DNA from: Candidatus Latescibacterota bacterium
GTDB taxonomy: Bacteria > Latescibacterota > UBA2968 > UBA8231
Assembly (NCBI GenBank): GCA_965217585.1
Contig: OZ244561.1
Span: forward strand, 1,600,001-1,664,000
DNA length: 64,000 nt
Direction of reading: 5' to 3'
Shown here: positions 27,882-37,083 of the stretch, in pieces
Numbering within the stretch: position 1 is the stretch's first letter
Layout: each line of letters opens with the position of its first letter
Notes under the pieces: generated by a model
What the model saw: only the letters and a program-made list of their open reading frames with translations
Database searches by the model: none
Told to the model about the DNA's origin: nothing
Made by a program: the position numbers and the translations under genes

Positions 27882-30506
27882 CTATTTTAGCTGCTGCTCG
27901 ACGATACATGCCACTTGCTCTAGCACCTCGTCTAGTTTGCCTGGGTCGCGTCCGCCAGCCTGGGCCAAGTGCGCCTTGCCGCCACCCGAGCCGCCGGCTA
28001 GCTGCGCTACGCCGCGCACAATGTCGCCGGCCTTGAGACCGCGGCCCTTGATTAGATCGTCGGTAACAACGGCGATAAAGGAAACCTTGCCGCCGATATC
28101 CGCTCCCAAGACGCCGACCCCCGAGCCCAAGCTCTCGCGCAGTCCGTCGGCCATGGCTCGCAGGCTAGGCACGTCCTCTGCCTCGGTGCGCCGCGCCACA
28201 ACCGTGACCCCTTCCACTTCACGCGCTCCATTCGACAGATCGCTCGTCTCTAGCGCCGCAACCCGACGCCGCAACTCGTCGAGGGACCGCTCCAACTGGC
28301 GGTTGCGCCCTAAAAGTGCCTCAAGTTTGTCCGCTAACTCTTCGGGTGCAGCATTGAGCCGGGTGCCCAAATCCGCCAACACCTGCCGCCGCAGGCGGAC
28401 GGCGCGCTCGGCTCCCGCGCCGGTCAACGCCTCGCTGCGGCGAACACCAGCGGCAATGCCGCTTTCGGAGAGCAAATCGAATGCGCCGATCTCGCCGGTC
28501 GAGCGCACGTGGGTGCCGCCGCACAGTTCGAGACTAAAGTCACCGATCCGCACAACCCGGACTTGGTCGTCGTATTTTTCGCCGAAGAGCGCCTGTGCCC
28601 CCATCGCCTTGGCCTTTTCCAACTCTTCTTGGAAGGTGCTCACTGCTAGATCGGCGCGGATCTGCTCGTTGACTCGCTCCTCGATTTCGCGCAACTGCTC
28701 GGGATCAACCGAGGCAAAATGCGAAAAGTCAAAGCGCAAGCGGTCCGGTGCGACCAGCGAACCCATCTGACCTACGTGGTCGCCGAGGGTCTGCCGCAGC
28801 GACTCATGCAACAGGTGAGTCGCCGTGTGGTTGCGCGCGGCGTCCATGCGGGCCTGACGATTGACGCGGGCGACTACTGCACCGGTCAACGCCCCGGTCT
28901 CGCCTTCCGTCAACCGACCGATGTGGAAGATACCGCCGTGCTCCTTCTCCGTGTTCTCGACTTCGACGACAAAACCTTCTCCCTCGATTCGCCCTCGGTC
29001 GCCAACCTGCCCCCCCGCCTCGGCGTAGAAAGGGGTCCGGTCCAGCACAAGCCGCACCCGGTCGTCTTCACCTTCGCCGATACGATCCGCCTGCACAACC
29101 TGAGCCTCTGCTTCCAATTCGTCGTAGCCGACGAAGACCTCCTCCGCGGCGGCTTGTACGCTGACGGTCGGTTTCCCCGCCGTGAAAACAACCGAGACAT
29201 CGCGGGCTTGGCGCGACCGCTGCCGTTGGGCTTCAAGCGCGTGGTCGAATTCCTCCCGCTCGACTAGTGAAATCCCCTGCTCGCGGGCCATCAGCTCCGT
29301 CAAGTCCAACGGGAAGCCGAAGGTATCGTAGAGTTGGAAGGCATCGCCGCCGGTGATCTGTCCCTTGGCGGCGAACCGCGCGAAGATATCCAAGCCGCGG
29401 TCGAGGGTCTTGCCGAAACTCTCCTCCTCGGAACGGATCACCAAGTCGATGTGGTCCTTCTTCGCGGCAACCTCCGGGAAGACGTGGCCCATAGTTTCGC
29501 CCAACGTGCCAACTAGCTGATGAATGAAGGGATCGTGCTGATCGAGCTGGCGGGCGTAGCGCGCGGCGCGACGCAGGATGCGGCGCAGGACGTAGCCACG
29601 GCCCTCGTTGGAGGGCATTACTCCATCGGCCATGGCGAAGCTGAGTGTGCGCACATGGTCGGCGATAACCTGCATGGAGACGCGGTGCTCGCCGCCGTAT
29701 TCTTTGCCCGTCAGCTCGGCGATGCGGCCGATGAGCGGCTGGAAGACATCGGTCTCGTAGTTGCTCTCGGCCCCCTGTAAGAGGCTGCACATCCGCTCAA
29801 AGCCCATGCCGGTATCCACGTGCTTCTCAGGCAGTGATTGCAGCGCCCCGGTCTCGTCGCGGTTATACTGGATAAAAACCAAGTTCCATATTTCAACCAA
29901 ATCGCCGGTGTCGTCGATGAGCATACGGCGGTCCTGCGCGGCCAGATCGTCGCCCAAGTAGTAATGAATTTCAGAGCAGGGGCCGCAGGGGCCGGTCGCG
30001 CCCATTTCCCAGAAGTTTTCCTTGGCCGGTAGGCGTACGACGCGGCCCGGCAGCAGGTCGGTGCATTCGTACCAGAACGTCTCGGCCTCCACGTCGGGTT
30101 CTACCGCGTCGTCGCCCACAAAGACGGTGGCCCAGAGCCGCTCCTTGTCCAAGCCAAAGTGCTCGGTAATTAACTCCCAACCCCATTCAATAGCTTCTTT
30201 TTTGAAATAGTCGCCAAAGGACCAGTTGCCCAGCATCTCAAAGAAGGTGTGGTGCCAAGGGCTGTAGCCGACTTCGTCGAGGTCGTTGTGCTTGCCCGAG
30301 ACCCGAATAACCTTCTGCGTATCAACCGCTCGGGTGTAGTCGCGCCGGCCCAAGCCCAAGAAGACATCCTTGAACTGATTCATACCGGCGTTGGTGAAAT
30401 AGAGCGTGGGATCATCCTGCGGCACGACCGGTGCGCTCGGTACGCGCACGTGGTCCTTACCTTCGAAAAAACGGAGAAACGTCTCCCTAATCTCCTTCGA
30501 CTTCAT
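27882..30506 (-). CDS. alaS: Alanine--tRNA ligase
   Basis: FTNAGMNQFK, HTFFEMLGNWSFGDYFK, NHTATHLLH, ELCGGTHV. Confidence 0.98.
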   Translation of the reverse strand: MKSKEIRETFLRFFEGKDHVRVPSAPVVPQDDPTLYFTNAGMNQFKDVFLGLGRRDYTRAVDTQKVIRVSGKHNDLDEVGYSPWHHTFFEMLGNWSFGDYFKKEAIEWGWELITEHFGLDKERLWATVFVGDDAVEPDVEAETFWYECTDLLPGRVVRLPAKENFWEMGATGPCGPCSEIHYYLGDDLAAQDRRMLIDDTGDLVEIWNLVFIQYNRDETGALQSLPEKHVDTGMGFERMCSLLQGAESNYETDVFQPLIGRIAELTGKEYGGEHRVSMQVIADHVRTLSFAMADGVMPSNEGRGYVLRRILRRAARYARQLDQHDPFIHQLVGTLGETMGHVFPEVAAKKDHIDLVIRSEEESFGKTLDRGLDIFARFAAKGQITGGDAFQLYDTFGFPLDLTELMAREQGISLVEREEFDHALEAQRQRSRQARDVSVVFTAGKPTVSVQAAAEEVFVGYDELEAEAQVVQADRIGEGEDDRVRLVLDRTPFYAEAGGQVGDRGRIEGEGFVVEVENTEKEHGGIFHIGRLTEGETGALTGAVVARVNRQARMDAARNHTATHLLHESLRQTLGDHVGQMGSLVAPDRLRFDFSHFASVDPEQLREIEERVNEQIRADLAVSTFQEELEKAKAMGAQALFGEKYDDQVRVVRIGDFSLELCGGTHVRSTGEIGAFDLLSESGIAAGVRRSEALTGAGAERAVRLRRQVLADLGTRLNAAPEELADKLEALLGRNRQLERSLDELRRRVAALETSDLSNGAREVEGVTVVARRTEAEDVPSLRAMADGLRESLGSGVGVLGADIGGKVSFIAVVTDDLIKGRGLKAGDIVRGVAQLAGGSGGGKAHLAQAGGRDPGKLDEVLEQVACIVEQQLK

Positions 30507-30975
30507 TGGCTAACTCCTGCCATACCTGTTCGACCGCTGCTCTGGCCATTTCCTGATCGCAACCACGCCGGGCCAAAAAGCCCAGCATCCGACGCTTGGC
30601 CTTGTCGGGTGCCAATCCCCGGTAGCGCCAAGCCTGCTTGCTCAGCAGTTCGACCGCCCGTTCGCCCGAATCGAGCGCGGTGGCGTACTCGGCGATGACC
30701 TCGTCAACTACGCCTGCGGCCACGCCTTTGTGCCTGAGATCCTGGGCTAGTTTACGCGCGCCATGGGCCCGCTGCAACCGCGCCTCAACCCAGCGCCGGG
30801 CAAACTCGCGGTCGTCGAGGAGCTTCTGACGCTGTAAGTCGGCAACGACCTCGGCGACGACCTCAACGGCAAAGTCCTTCTCCCGTAGCTTGTCGCGCAC
30901 CTCCGCTACGGACCGCGCCCTATAGCTGAGATAGCGATAGGCGGCGTCCTTGGCCTTTTGCAGCTGGTCGTCCAC
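30487..30975 (-). CDS. recX: Regulatory protein RecX
   Basis: YLSYRARS..E...KL, LDD..FA, L..KGV, FLARRG; directly after recA. Confidence 0.92.
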   Translation of the reverse strand: MDDQLQKAKDAAYRYLSYRARSVAEVRDKLREKDFAVEVVAEVVADLQRQKLLDDREFARRWVEARLQRAHGARKLAQDLRHKGVAAGVVDEVIAEYATALDSGERAVELLSKQAWRYRGLAPDKAKRRMLGFLARRGCDQEMARAAVEQVWQELANEVEGD

Positions 30976-32040
30976 TTATTCGTCCGCCTCGCCAACCTCG
31001 TTCTGTCCTACCGCAACTTCGAGTCCCAACTCGACGCGCAACTTGTGCTCTATCTCCGAGGCTACTGTTGGATTCTCGCGCAGAAAGGTCCGGGCGTTGT
31101 CTCGGCCCTGCCCCAATCGTTCGCCATTGTAGGAAAACCACGCCCCGCTCTTGTCAACAAACCCTTTGGCGACGCCGATATCAATCAAATCGCCCTCCCA
31201 GGAAATGCCGATCTGGTCGCCGTGGAAAATCAGGTCGAATTCGGCTTCGCGAAAGGGGGGTGCCACTTTGTTTTTGACGACCTTGACCCGAGTGCGATTA
31301 CCAATATCGAGATCTCCGTCTTTGATGCGGGCGATGCGGCGGATGTCGATGCGCACCGAGGCGTAGAAGGGCAGAGCGCGCCCGCCAGTGGTGGTCTCCG
31401 GGTTGCCGAACATTACGCCGATCTTCATGCGCAACTGGTTGAGGAAAATCAGACACGTGTTCGAGCGGTTGATCGAGCCAGCGAGCTTGCGCAGGGCCTG
31501 GGACATCAGCCGCGCGTGCAACCCCATGTGCGAATCGCCCATATCGCCTTCCAACTCGGCCTGGGGCACTAGCGCGGCCACCGAGTCCACCACGATGACA
31601 TCGAAGGCACCGCTGCGCACCAAGGTATCGACGATTTCGAGAGCCTGCTCGCCCGAATCCGGCTGTGATATGATTAGATTTTCTACATCGACGCCGATGC
31701 GCCGGGCAAAGCTGACGTCAAGGGCGTGTTCGGCGTCGATAAAGGCCGCTGTGCCGTTCTGCTTCTGCGACTCGCGGATGGCGTGCAGCGCGAGCATGGT
31801 CTTGCCCGCCCCCTCTGGACCGGATATTTCGACGATCCTCCCCTTGGGCAAGCCACCGATGCCCAGTGCTGCATCTACAGCCAGCGATCCGGTCGAGATC
31901 GCCTCCACCTCTTGCACCCCACCCTCGTCGCCGAGGCGCATAATCGACCCCTTGCCGTACTGCTTCTCAATCTGCGACATAGCCAGTTCCAACGCTCTGG
32001 CTTTGTTGCCGTTTGCGCTGTGTCCGTTCGCTTTCGCCAT
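30976..32040 (-). CDS. recA: Recombinase RecA
   Basis: [44 protein letters not shown]. Confidence 0.99.
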   Translation of the reverse strand: MAKANGHSANGNKARALELAMSQIEKQYGKGSIMRLGDEGGVQEVEAISTGSLAVDAALGIGGLPKGRIVEISGPEGAGKTMLALHAIRESQKQNGTAAFIDAEHALDVSFARRIGVDVENLIISQPDSGEQALEIVDTLVRSGAFDVIVVDSVAALVPQAELEGDMGDSHMGLHARLMSQALRKLAGSINRSNTCLIFLNQLRMKIGVMFGNPETTTGGRALPFYASVRIDIRRIARIKDGDLDIGNRTRVKVVKNKVAPPFREAEFDLIFHGDQIGISWEGDLIDIGVAKGFVDKSGAWFSYNGERLGQGRDNARTFLRENPTVASEIEHKLRVELGLEVAVGQNEVGEADE

Positions 32041-32073
32041 GAAAATCCCCTCAATTAAAGTGTGGTATCGGTC

Positions 32074-32553
32074 CTAGCCCGCCCACTCGACCAAGTAGGA
32101 CGACGAGCGAATGACCACGTTGCTGTACAGGCCGGCGACCACATCGTCGGCCACAATGCCCCACCCCCCGGGCAGGGCTTCTAGCTGCCGCGCCGGGGGC
32201 GGCTTGACAATATCGAGGACGCGGAAGACGAAGAAGCCCGCGATGGCCGTCCCAGCACTCGGGGGCAAAAATGCCACTGCAAAGAGAAAGCCCACCCCCT
32301 CGTCAACGACGACCTGCCCGGGGTCCTTGCCCCATTCCGGGGCCGCCCGGCCCGCGCTGTATACCCCAATGGCCGAGGCGAGCAAAAGCACACCGAACCA
32401 CTCCAGCATCCCCAAAGAGGGAAAAAACAGCCAGTACAACAGGGCGACGAACGCGGTCCCAGCCGTACCGGGTGCCCATGGGGCATAGCCGACAAAAAAA
32501 AGCGTGGCGATCAGTCGGTTCAGAAAAAACGTGTGTCCTCTCGCCGCGCTCAG
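32074..32553 (-). CDS. pgpA: Phosphatidylglycerophosphatase A (probable non-canonical start)
   Basis: KDPG.VVVDE, FRVLDIVKPPP, GIVADDVVAG. The conserved N-terminal VGYAPWAPGTAG lies upstream of the first canonical start (32439). An in-frame CTG at 32553 overlaps the pgsA stop. Confidence 0.88.
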   Translation of the reverse strand: MSAARGHTFFLNRLIATLFFVGYAPWAPGTAGTAFVALLYWLFFPSLGMLEWFGVLLLASAIGVYSAGRAAPEWGKDPGQVVVDEGVGFLFAVAFLPPSAGTAIAGFFVFRVLDIVKPPPARQLEALPGGWGIVADDVVAGLYSNVVIRSSSYLVEWAG

Positions 32554-33152
32554 GGTTCCTTGTAGGAAGAGGTCGCGCGGAACAGGTAGTGAAAACCCGA
32601 CAGCAGCGTCAGCAACAGCACCCCCGCCAACAGTGCATTGGCCAAAAGCTGGATTAGCTGGTCGTCGAGAAAGAATAGATGACCTGCGGCAAAGCGCCCT
32701 ATCGCCTCCTCAAGGCCAATGACGAAAAGTATGAAGATAACCGTGAAAAGCTGGACCGCGGTTTTCCACTTGGCCAAGCGCGAAGTGACCATGGGGCGGC
32801 CCCGGTACAGCCCGTAGAGGCGCATGCCCGTGATCAGGATGTCGCGCCCGACGATGGGCAAGACCAGCCAAAAATTGACCATTTCGTCTAACGCTAGGGC
32901 AACAAGTGCCGACGTTACCAAGATCTTGTCGGCCAACGGATCCAAAAAGCGCCCTAGCGGCGTTACTTGGTTGCCTGCGCGCGCTAGTTTGCCATCGTAG
33001 AAATCGGTTAGCGAGGCCGCGCTAAAGACGACGAAGGCAAGACTTTTCAAATACCAAGTATCGGCGAAGAGCAGCAGCAAAAACAGCGGCGTCAAACCGA
33101 TCCTGAGCGCGGTCAGTCCATTGGGCAAGTTAAAGATATCGCGTCGGTCCAT
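32550..33152 (-). CDS. pgsA: CDP-diacylglycerol--glycerol-3-phosphate 3-phosphatidyltransferase
   Basis: NLPNGLTALRI, D..DG..AR....T..G..LDP.ADK, KWKTAVQ. Confidence 0.93.
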   Translation of the reverse strand: MDRRDIFNLPNGLTALRIGLTPLFLLLLFADTWYLKSLAFVVFSAASLTDFYDGKLARAGNQVTPLGRFLDPLADKILVTSALVALALDEMVNFWLVLPIVGRDILITGMRLYGLYRGRPMVTSRLAKWKTAVQLFTVIFILFVIGLEEAIGRFAAGHLFFLDDQLIQLLANALLAGVLLLTLLSGFHYLFRATSSYKEP

Positions 33153-33159
33153 GACTACC

Positions 33160-33756
33160 TTACAGCGGAGACCGGCCGGCAAAGGCAAGCGAGAGCGTGA
33201 CGCTGTCGGCCAAGTCCAAATCCGCGCCAACCGGCAGGCCGCGCGCCAACCTCGACACCTTGGTCAGCGGCATGAGTTGCTGAGCGATGAAGTGAGCGGT
33301 GGCATCGCCCTCGGCGTTGGCATTGAGCGCTAGCATCACCTCGTGTACGCCCTGCTGGCGCGCGCGCTCGACTAAGGAGTCGATGTGCAAATCCTCGGGC
33401 AGCACTCCGTCTTGGGGGGAAAGCACCCCGCCGAGCACGTGATACGCCCCGGAGTAAAACTGGCTCATCTCAAAGGCCAGCACATCGCTGGCTTCGGCCA
33501 CCACGCAGATAAACTGCTGGTCGCGCCGAGTGTCTCGGCAGACTTCGCATAGAGCCTCGCCCTTTTGGGTGAAATTGTAGCAGGTAGCACAGTGTTCGAT
33601 CTGGTCTTTGGCGGCAATGAGCGCCTTGGCGAGCAACTCGGCTTCCTCGCGCGGCTTCTTGACCACATAGAGCGCCAAGCGCTGCGCTGTCTTGCGGCCG
33701 ATACCGGGCAGCTTGGCAAATGCGACGATCAAATCTTCGAGGGCCAGAGGTTCCAT
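33160..33756 (-). CDS. recR: Recombination mediator RecR
   Basis: LPGIGRKTAQR, C4 zinc finger, YHVLGG.LSP, EGDATA, GLPVG. Confidence 0.97.
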   Translation of the reverse strand: MEPLALEDLIVAFAKLPGIGRKTAQRLALYVVKKPREEAELLAKALIAAKDQIEHCATCYNFTQKGEALCEVCRDTRRDQQFICVVAEASDVLAFEMSQFYSGAYHVLGGVLSPQDGVLPEDLHIDSLVERARQQGVHEVMLALNANAEGDATAHFIAQQLMPLTKVSRLARGLPVGADLDLADSVTLSLAFAGRSPL

Positions 33757-33764
33757 GATATCTC

Positions 33765-35435
33765 TCAGACTAACTCGCCGTCAAAAGTGTCGAGCACCGA
33801 GCGCAGGGTGGGGTCGGACTCGGGCTGGCTCGCCGCCTGTGGAGCCGGCTGATCGTCCTTCTTTTCTACGGCATCCAAGCGCAGCCGCCACCCGTATTTT
33901 GCCTCGGCTATCGCCTCTACGCTTTCTCGGTTATTTTTCACTTGGGTCATGGCAAAGCGGTCGGCGGCCCCAAAGCTCAGCTTGAGTACGTGGCCCTCCA
34001 AGCTGTCTAATATCGCCCCTTTAAGAAAATGGCCCAGTGGCGGCTTGGCGGCGCGCACGGCATTGACTAGCTCGGCCCAAGTAGTGCGCACCTGATCAAA
34101 GGTCGGCGCGGCAGCACCAGCGGCATTGCTTGACTCAGCCGGGGCGGCGACTTGCTGCTGGGCAGGAGGTGGGGGCACAGCCTGTTCGCTGCGACCGCTT
34201 GGGGGCGGGGGCGCGGCCTGTTCGCTGCGACCACTTGGGGGCGGGGGCGCGGCCTGTTCGCTGCGATTGCTTGGAGACGGGGGCATGGCCGGGCGCGGCG
34301 CGGCACTTTCGAGCGACTGCAAGCGGCGCAGCAGCTCGCCCACATCGACAGACCGGCCCATCAGCGCCAGATGCACCAAGGCGATTTCCACGCGAAAGCG
34401 CGGCTGTACCGAGCGCTTTATATCCGCTTCTAAATCCAAGAGCGACTGCATCATGCGGAGCAGGTCTTCGACCGCCATAGCGGCCGCGAGCTCACCACAG
34501 CGACGGCGGGCGTCTTCGGCCATATCCAGCTCGTCGGTCCCGCCCTGTATTTTGGCGAAGAGCAAGTGGCGCAAAAGTTCGACTAGGCCATAGACGAACT
34601 CCTCAATATCGACCCCTTCGTCAACGGCTTGGGCGACGATATCCAGCACCCGTGCGGGTGCCGCTTCGCGCATGGCGTCGAGCAATTCAAAGTAGAGGCC
34701 GCGATCGACGAGACCCAACACCCGTACCACGGCTTGCTGCGACACCTCCGCGCCCAACGAGACCACTTGATCGAGTAGGCTCTCGGCGTCGCGCAGGGCA
34801 CCGTCCGCACGGCTAGCCAACAGGTGGAGCGCCCCTTCCTCGACCGCGATGCCCTCGGCTTGGGCAATGATGCCGAGATGGGCGGCGATCTGCCCGCTTG
34901 AGATGCGGCGAAAATTAAAGCGCTGACAGCGCGAGAGAATGGTGTCGGGTACCGACTGCACCTCCGTGGTGGCGAAGATGAAAACCACGTGCTCCGGAGG
35001 CTCCTCCAGCGTCTTCAACAGCGCATTGAACGCCGCGGTCGAGAGCATGTGAACTTCGTCGATGATGTAGATCTTATAGACGCCTTCGGTCGCGGCGTAA
35101 CGCACGACTTCGCGCAACTCGCGGATGTCATCGACGCTGTTGTTGGAGGCCCCGTCGATCTCCAGCACGTTCATGCTGGTGGCGGTGGCGATGCTTTTGC
35201 AGGAATCGCATGCCTCACAGGGATTGCCGTCGCGGCGGTCAGCGCAGTTGAGGACCTTGGCGAGAATCCGCGCGGTCGTAGTCTTGCCCACGCCGCGCGG
35301 GCCGCAAAACAGGTAGCACTGCGCGATGCGCCCGGAGTGGACGGCATTCTTTAAGGTGGCAGTGATATGCTCCTGCCCGACGACTTCGTCGAATTGGCGA
35401 GGACGCCACTTGCGCGCTGTTACCTGATAGGCCAT
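33765..35435 (-). CDS. dnaX: DNA polymerase III gamma/tau
   Basis: ARKWRP..F..VVGQ, GPRGVGKTT, IDEVHML, SRCQRF. Confidence 0.97.
   Translation of the reverse strand: MAYQVTARKWRPRQFDEVVGQEHITATLKNAVHSGRIAQCYLFCGPRGVGKTTTARILAKVLNCADRRDGNPCEACDSCKSIATATSMNVLEIDGASNNSVDDIRELREVVRYAATEGVYKIYIIDEVHMLSTAAFNALLKTLEEPPEHVVFIFATTEVQSVPDTILSRCQRFNFRRISSGQIAAHLGIIAQAEGIAVEEGALHLLASRADGALRDAESLLDQVVSLGAEVSQQAVVRVLGLVDRGLYFELLDAMREAAPARVLDIVAQAVDEGVDIEEFVYGLVELLRHLLFAKIQGGTDELDMAEDARRRCGELAAAMAVEDLLRMMQSLLDLEADIKRSVQPRFRVEIALVHLALMGRSVDVGELLRRLQSLESAAPRPAMPPSPSNRSEQAAPPPPSGRSEQAAPPPPSGRSEQAVPPPPAQQQVAAPAESSNAAGAAAPTFDQVRTTWAELVNAVRAAKPPLGHFLKGAILDSLEGHVLKLSFGAADRFAMTQVKNNRESVEAIAEAKYGWRLRLDAVEKKDDQPAPQAASQPESDPTLRSVLDTFDGELV
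34171..34278. repeat. 36-bp tandem repeat x3 in the dnaX linker
   Basis: Unit GGGGGCGCGGCCTGTTCGCTGCGACCACTTGGGGGC at 34171, 34207 and 34243; encodes PPPSGRSEQAAP. Confidence 0.9.
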
Positions 35436-35485
35436 TTGCGTTGCTCGACACAACCAAGCTGAAGGGAATAAAGAAAAAATTTAAA

Positions 35486-35757
35486 GGCCGTGCACCCATC
35501 TTCGACCCCGCCCTCAGGTCTGCCCAGAGCCAGTTGGCTCCAACCGGACCGCTCTGCGGCACACCAAGAGACATTCTTTACCGCTGCTACCTTCCGGTCC
35601 TGACGGGGTTCAGAAGCTCTTGATTGCGCAGAATCCGGTTTTCAGCGCCACTTTGCTCCGGTCGAACAAGAGGTGCGAAAACCTCTGGATGGGAATTCAA
35701 TCCCGCTATAGCGGATTGCGGGTACAGGGCACCGCTATCTCCCCATCTAGCACGACC
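35486..35757 (-). ncRNA. ffs: Signal recognition particle RNA, large (Alu-domain) type
   Basis: 5' GGTCGTGCTAGATGGGGAGATAGCGGTGCCCTGTACCCGCAATCCGC, S-domain TCAGGACCGGAAGGTAGCAGC, 3' GTGCACGGCC pairing with the 5' end; lies upstream of dnaX. Confidence 0.93.
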
Positions 35758-35795
35758 TAAAATATTGCATTTCACCAGCGAGTATCCGGAAAATA

Positions 35796-35871
35796 TGGTG
35801 GAGCAGATGGGGATCGAACCCACGACCTCCAGATTGCGAACCTGGCGCTCTCCCAGCTGAGCTACTGCCCC
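35796..35871 (-). tRNA. tRNA-Ala(CGC)
   Basis: GGGGCAGTAGCTCAGCTGGGAGAGCG CCAGG TT-CGC-AA TCTGG ...GGTTCGATCCC...CTCCACCA; G3:U70 pair present. Confidence 0.96.
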
Positions 35872-35885
35872 ATCCGGATCAATTA

Positions 35886-35976
35886 TGGCGGAGAGAGTGG
35901 GATTCGAACCCACGGTAGGGGGTTACCCTACACACGATTTCCAGTCGTGCACCTTCGACCACTCGGCCATCTCTCC
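35886..35976 (-). tRNA. tRNA-Ser(GGA)
   Basis: GGAGAGATGGCCGAGTGG...CACGA CT-GGA-AA TCGTG, long variable arm, CCA end. Confidence 0.96.
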
Positions 35977-35998
35977 ACAAAAAACACGTTGCCTTAGA

Positions 35999-36088
<90 letters not shown>

Positions 36089-36093
36089 CCAAT

Positions 36094-36579
36094 CTATTTG
36101 GCCGCTCGCAGGGCGGCAAAAAACCCCTTGAGCAACTCGGCACATTCTCGCTCTAGCACCCCGCCGCGGACCTGACAGCGATGATTGAGCCGAGGATCCT
36201 CCGCGACATTGCGCAACGAGCCGCAAGCACCGGATTTAGGATCGGCGGCCCCGAAGACCAGCCGCGGCACCCGGGCCAAAACCGCAGCTCCAGCGCACAT
36301 GGCGCAAGGTTCCAAAGTGACGTAAAGCGTCGTCGCCAACAAGCGCCGCGTACCTAATGCTGCTGCTGCTTGGCGCAAGGCCAGCATCTCCGCGTGAGCC
36401 GTGGGATCCTGCACCGATTCAATGGCGTTGCCGGCCCGGCCCAAAACCCGCCCGGCCCCAACGACGACAGCACCGACGGGCACCTCGCCGCGACGGCCGG
36501 CTCGCTCGGCCTCGTGCAGGGCTTCGCGCATCCAATGACCGTCTTCAGCGAATGAGCTAAGTTCTTCCGTAGAATTCAT
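36094..36579 (-). CDS. tadA: tRNA adenosine(34) deaminase
   Basis: GEVPVGAV, DPTAHAE, LYVTLEPCAMC, LNH. Confidence 0.95.
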   Translation of the reverse strand: MNSTEELSSFAEDGHWMREALHEAERAGRRGEVPVGAVVVGAGRVLGRAGNAIESVQDPTAHAEMLALRQAAAALGTRRLLATTLYVTLEPCAMCAGAAVLARVPRLVFGAADPKSGACGSLRNVAEDPRLNHRCQVRGGVLERECAELLKGFFAALRAAK

Positions 36580-36657
36580 TTGAGGCCGTTTTAAGGGGCC
36601 TCCCAAGCGGTGTAAATATAACGGCTGCCCAAAACAAGAGCAAGGCTTAGTGGCGCT

Positions 36658-37083
36658 TCAAAAGCGCTTGCGATAATGATCGCGGGGAAACAGAGAACAG
36701 GCCCGGCGCTGCCAGTAACTTTCCTCGTCGGGAGCGATTTTGCGGTCGAGCGGATCGCGCCCCAAAAGGCGCATGCCAAGCCCGATCAGCGTAAAAAGCG
36801 TGTAGAAAACCAGCCCCAAGAGCAGGTGGATATTGACAAAGGCCACGATCCTCGCCAGCCACATATAGGGAAAGTAGATCGGCTTCAGCGCAACGGGCAG
36901 CGCCAATCCGGCCCCGAGAAACACCAGCGAGGCCGCGAATACCAATTGCTTCGCGCCGATGGCGTCTCGGTACCACAGATAGCCACCTAGCAATGCCAGC
37001 AACGCCGCCAGCACGAGTCCGAATCGGCGCAAATCGCCGCGTGTGGGAACCGCAACCCCCCAGTAGCTCTTGACCTCAGTCAA
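36658..37083 (-). CDS. SxtJ-like membrane protein
   Basis: LRRFG, WM/WL..A..V..VN, GL.MRLLGRDPL, SYW, terminal F. TTG start at 37083 with GAGGAG 7 nt upstream, overlapping the carbamoyltransferase end. Confidence 0.8.
   Translation of the reverse strand: MTEVKSYWGVAVPTRGDLRRFGLVLAALLALLGGYLWYRDAIGAKQLVFAASLVFLGAGLALPVALKPIYFPYMWLARIVAFVNIHLLLGLVFYTLFTLIGLGMRLLGRDPLDRKIAPDEESYWQRRACSLFPRDHYRKRF

Noticed and set aside
34171-34278. CRISPR-like 36-bp repeats
   Set aside because: Head-to-tail repeats without spacers, in frame inside dnaX, and no cas genes.
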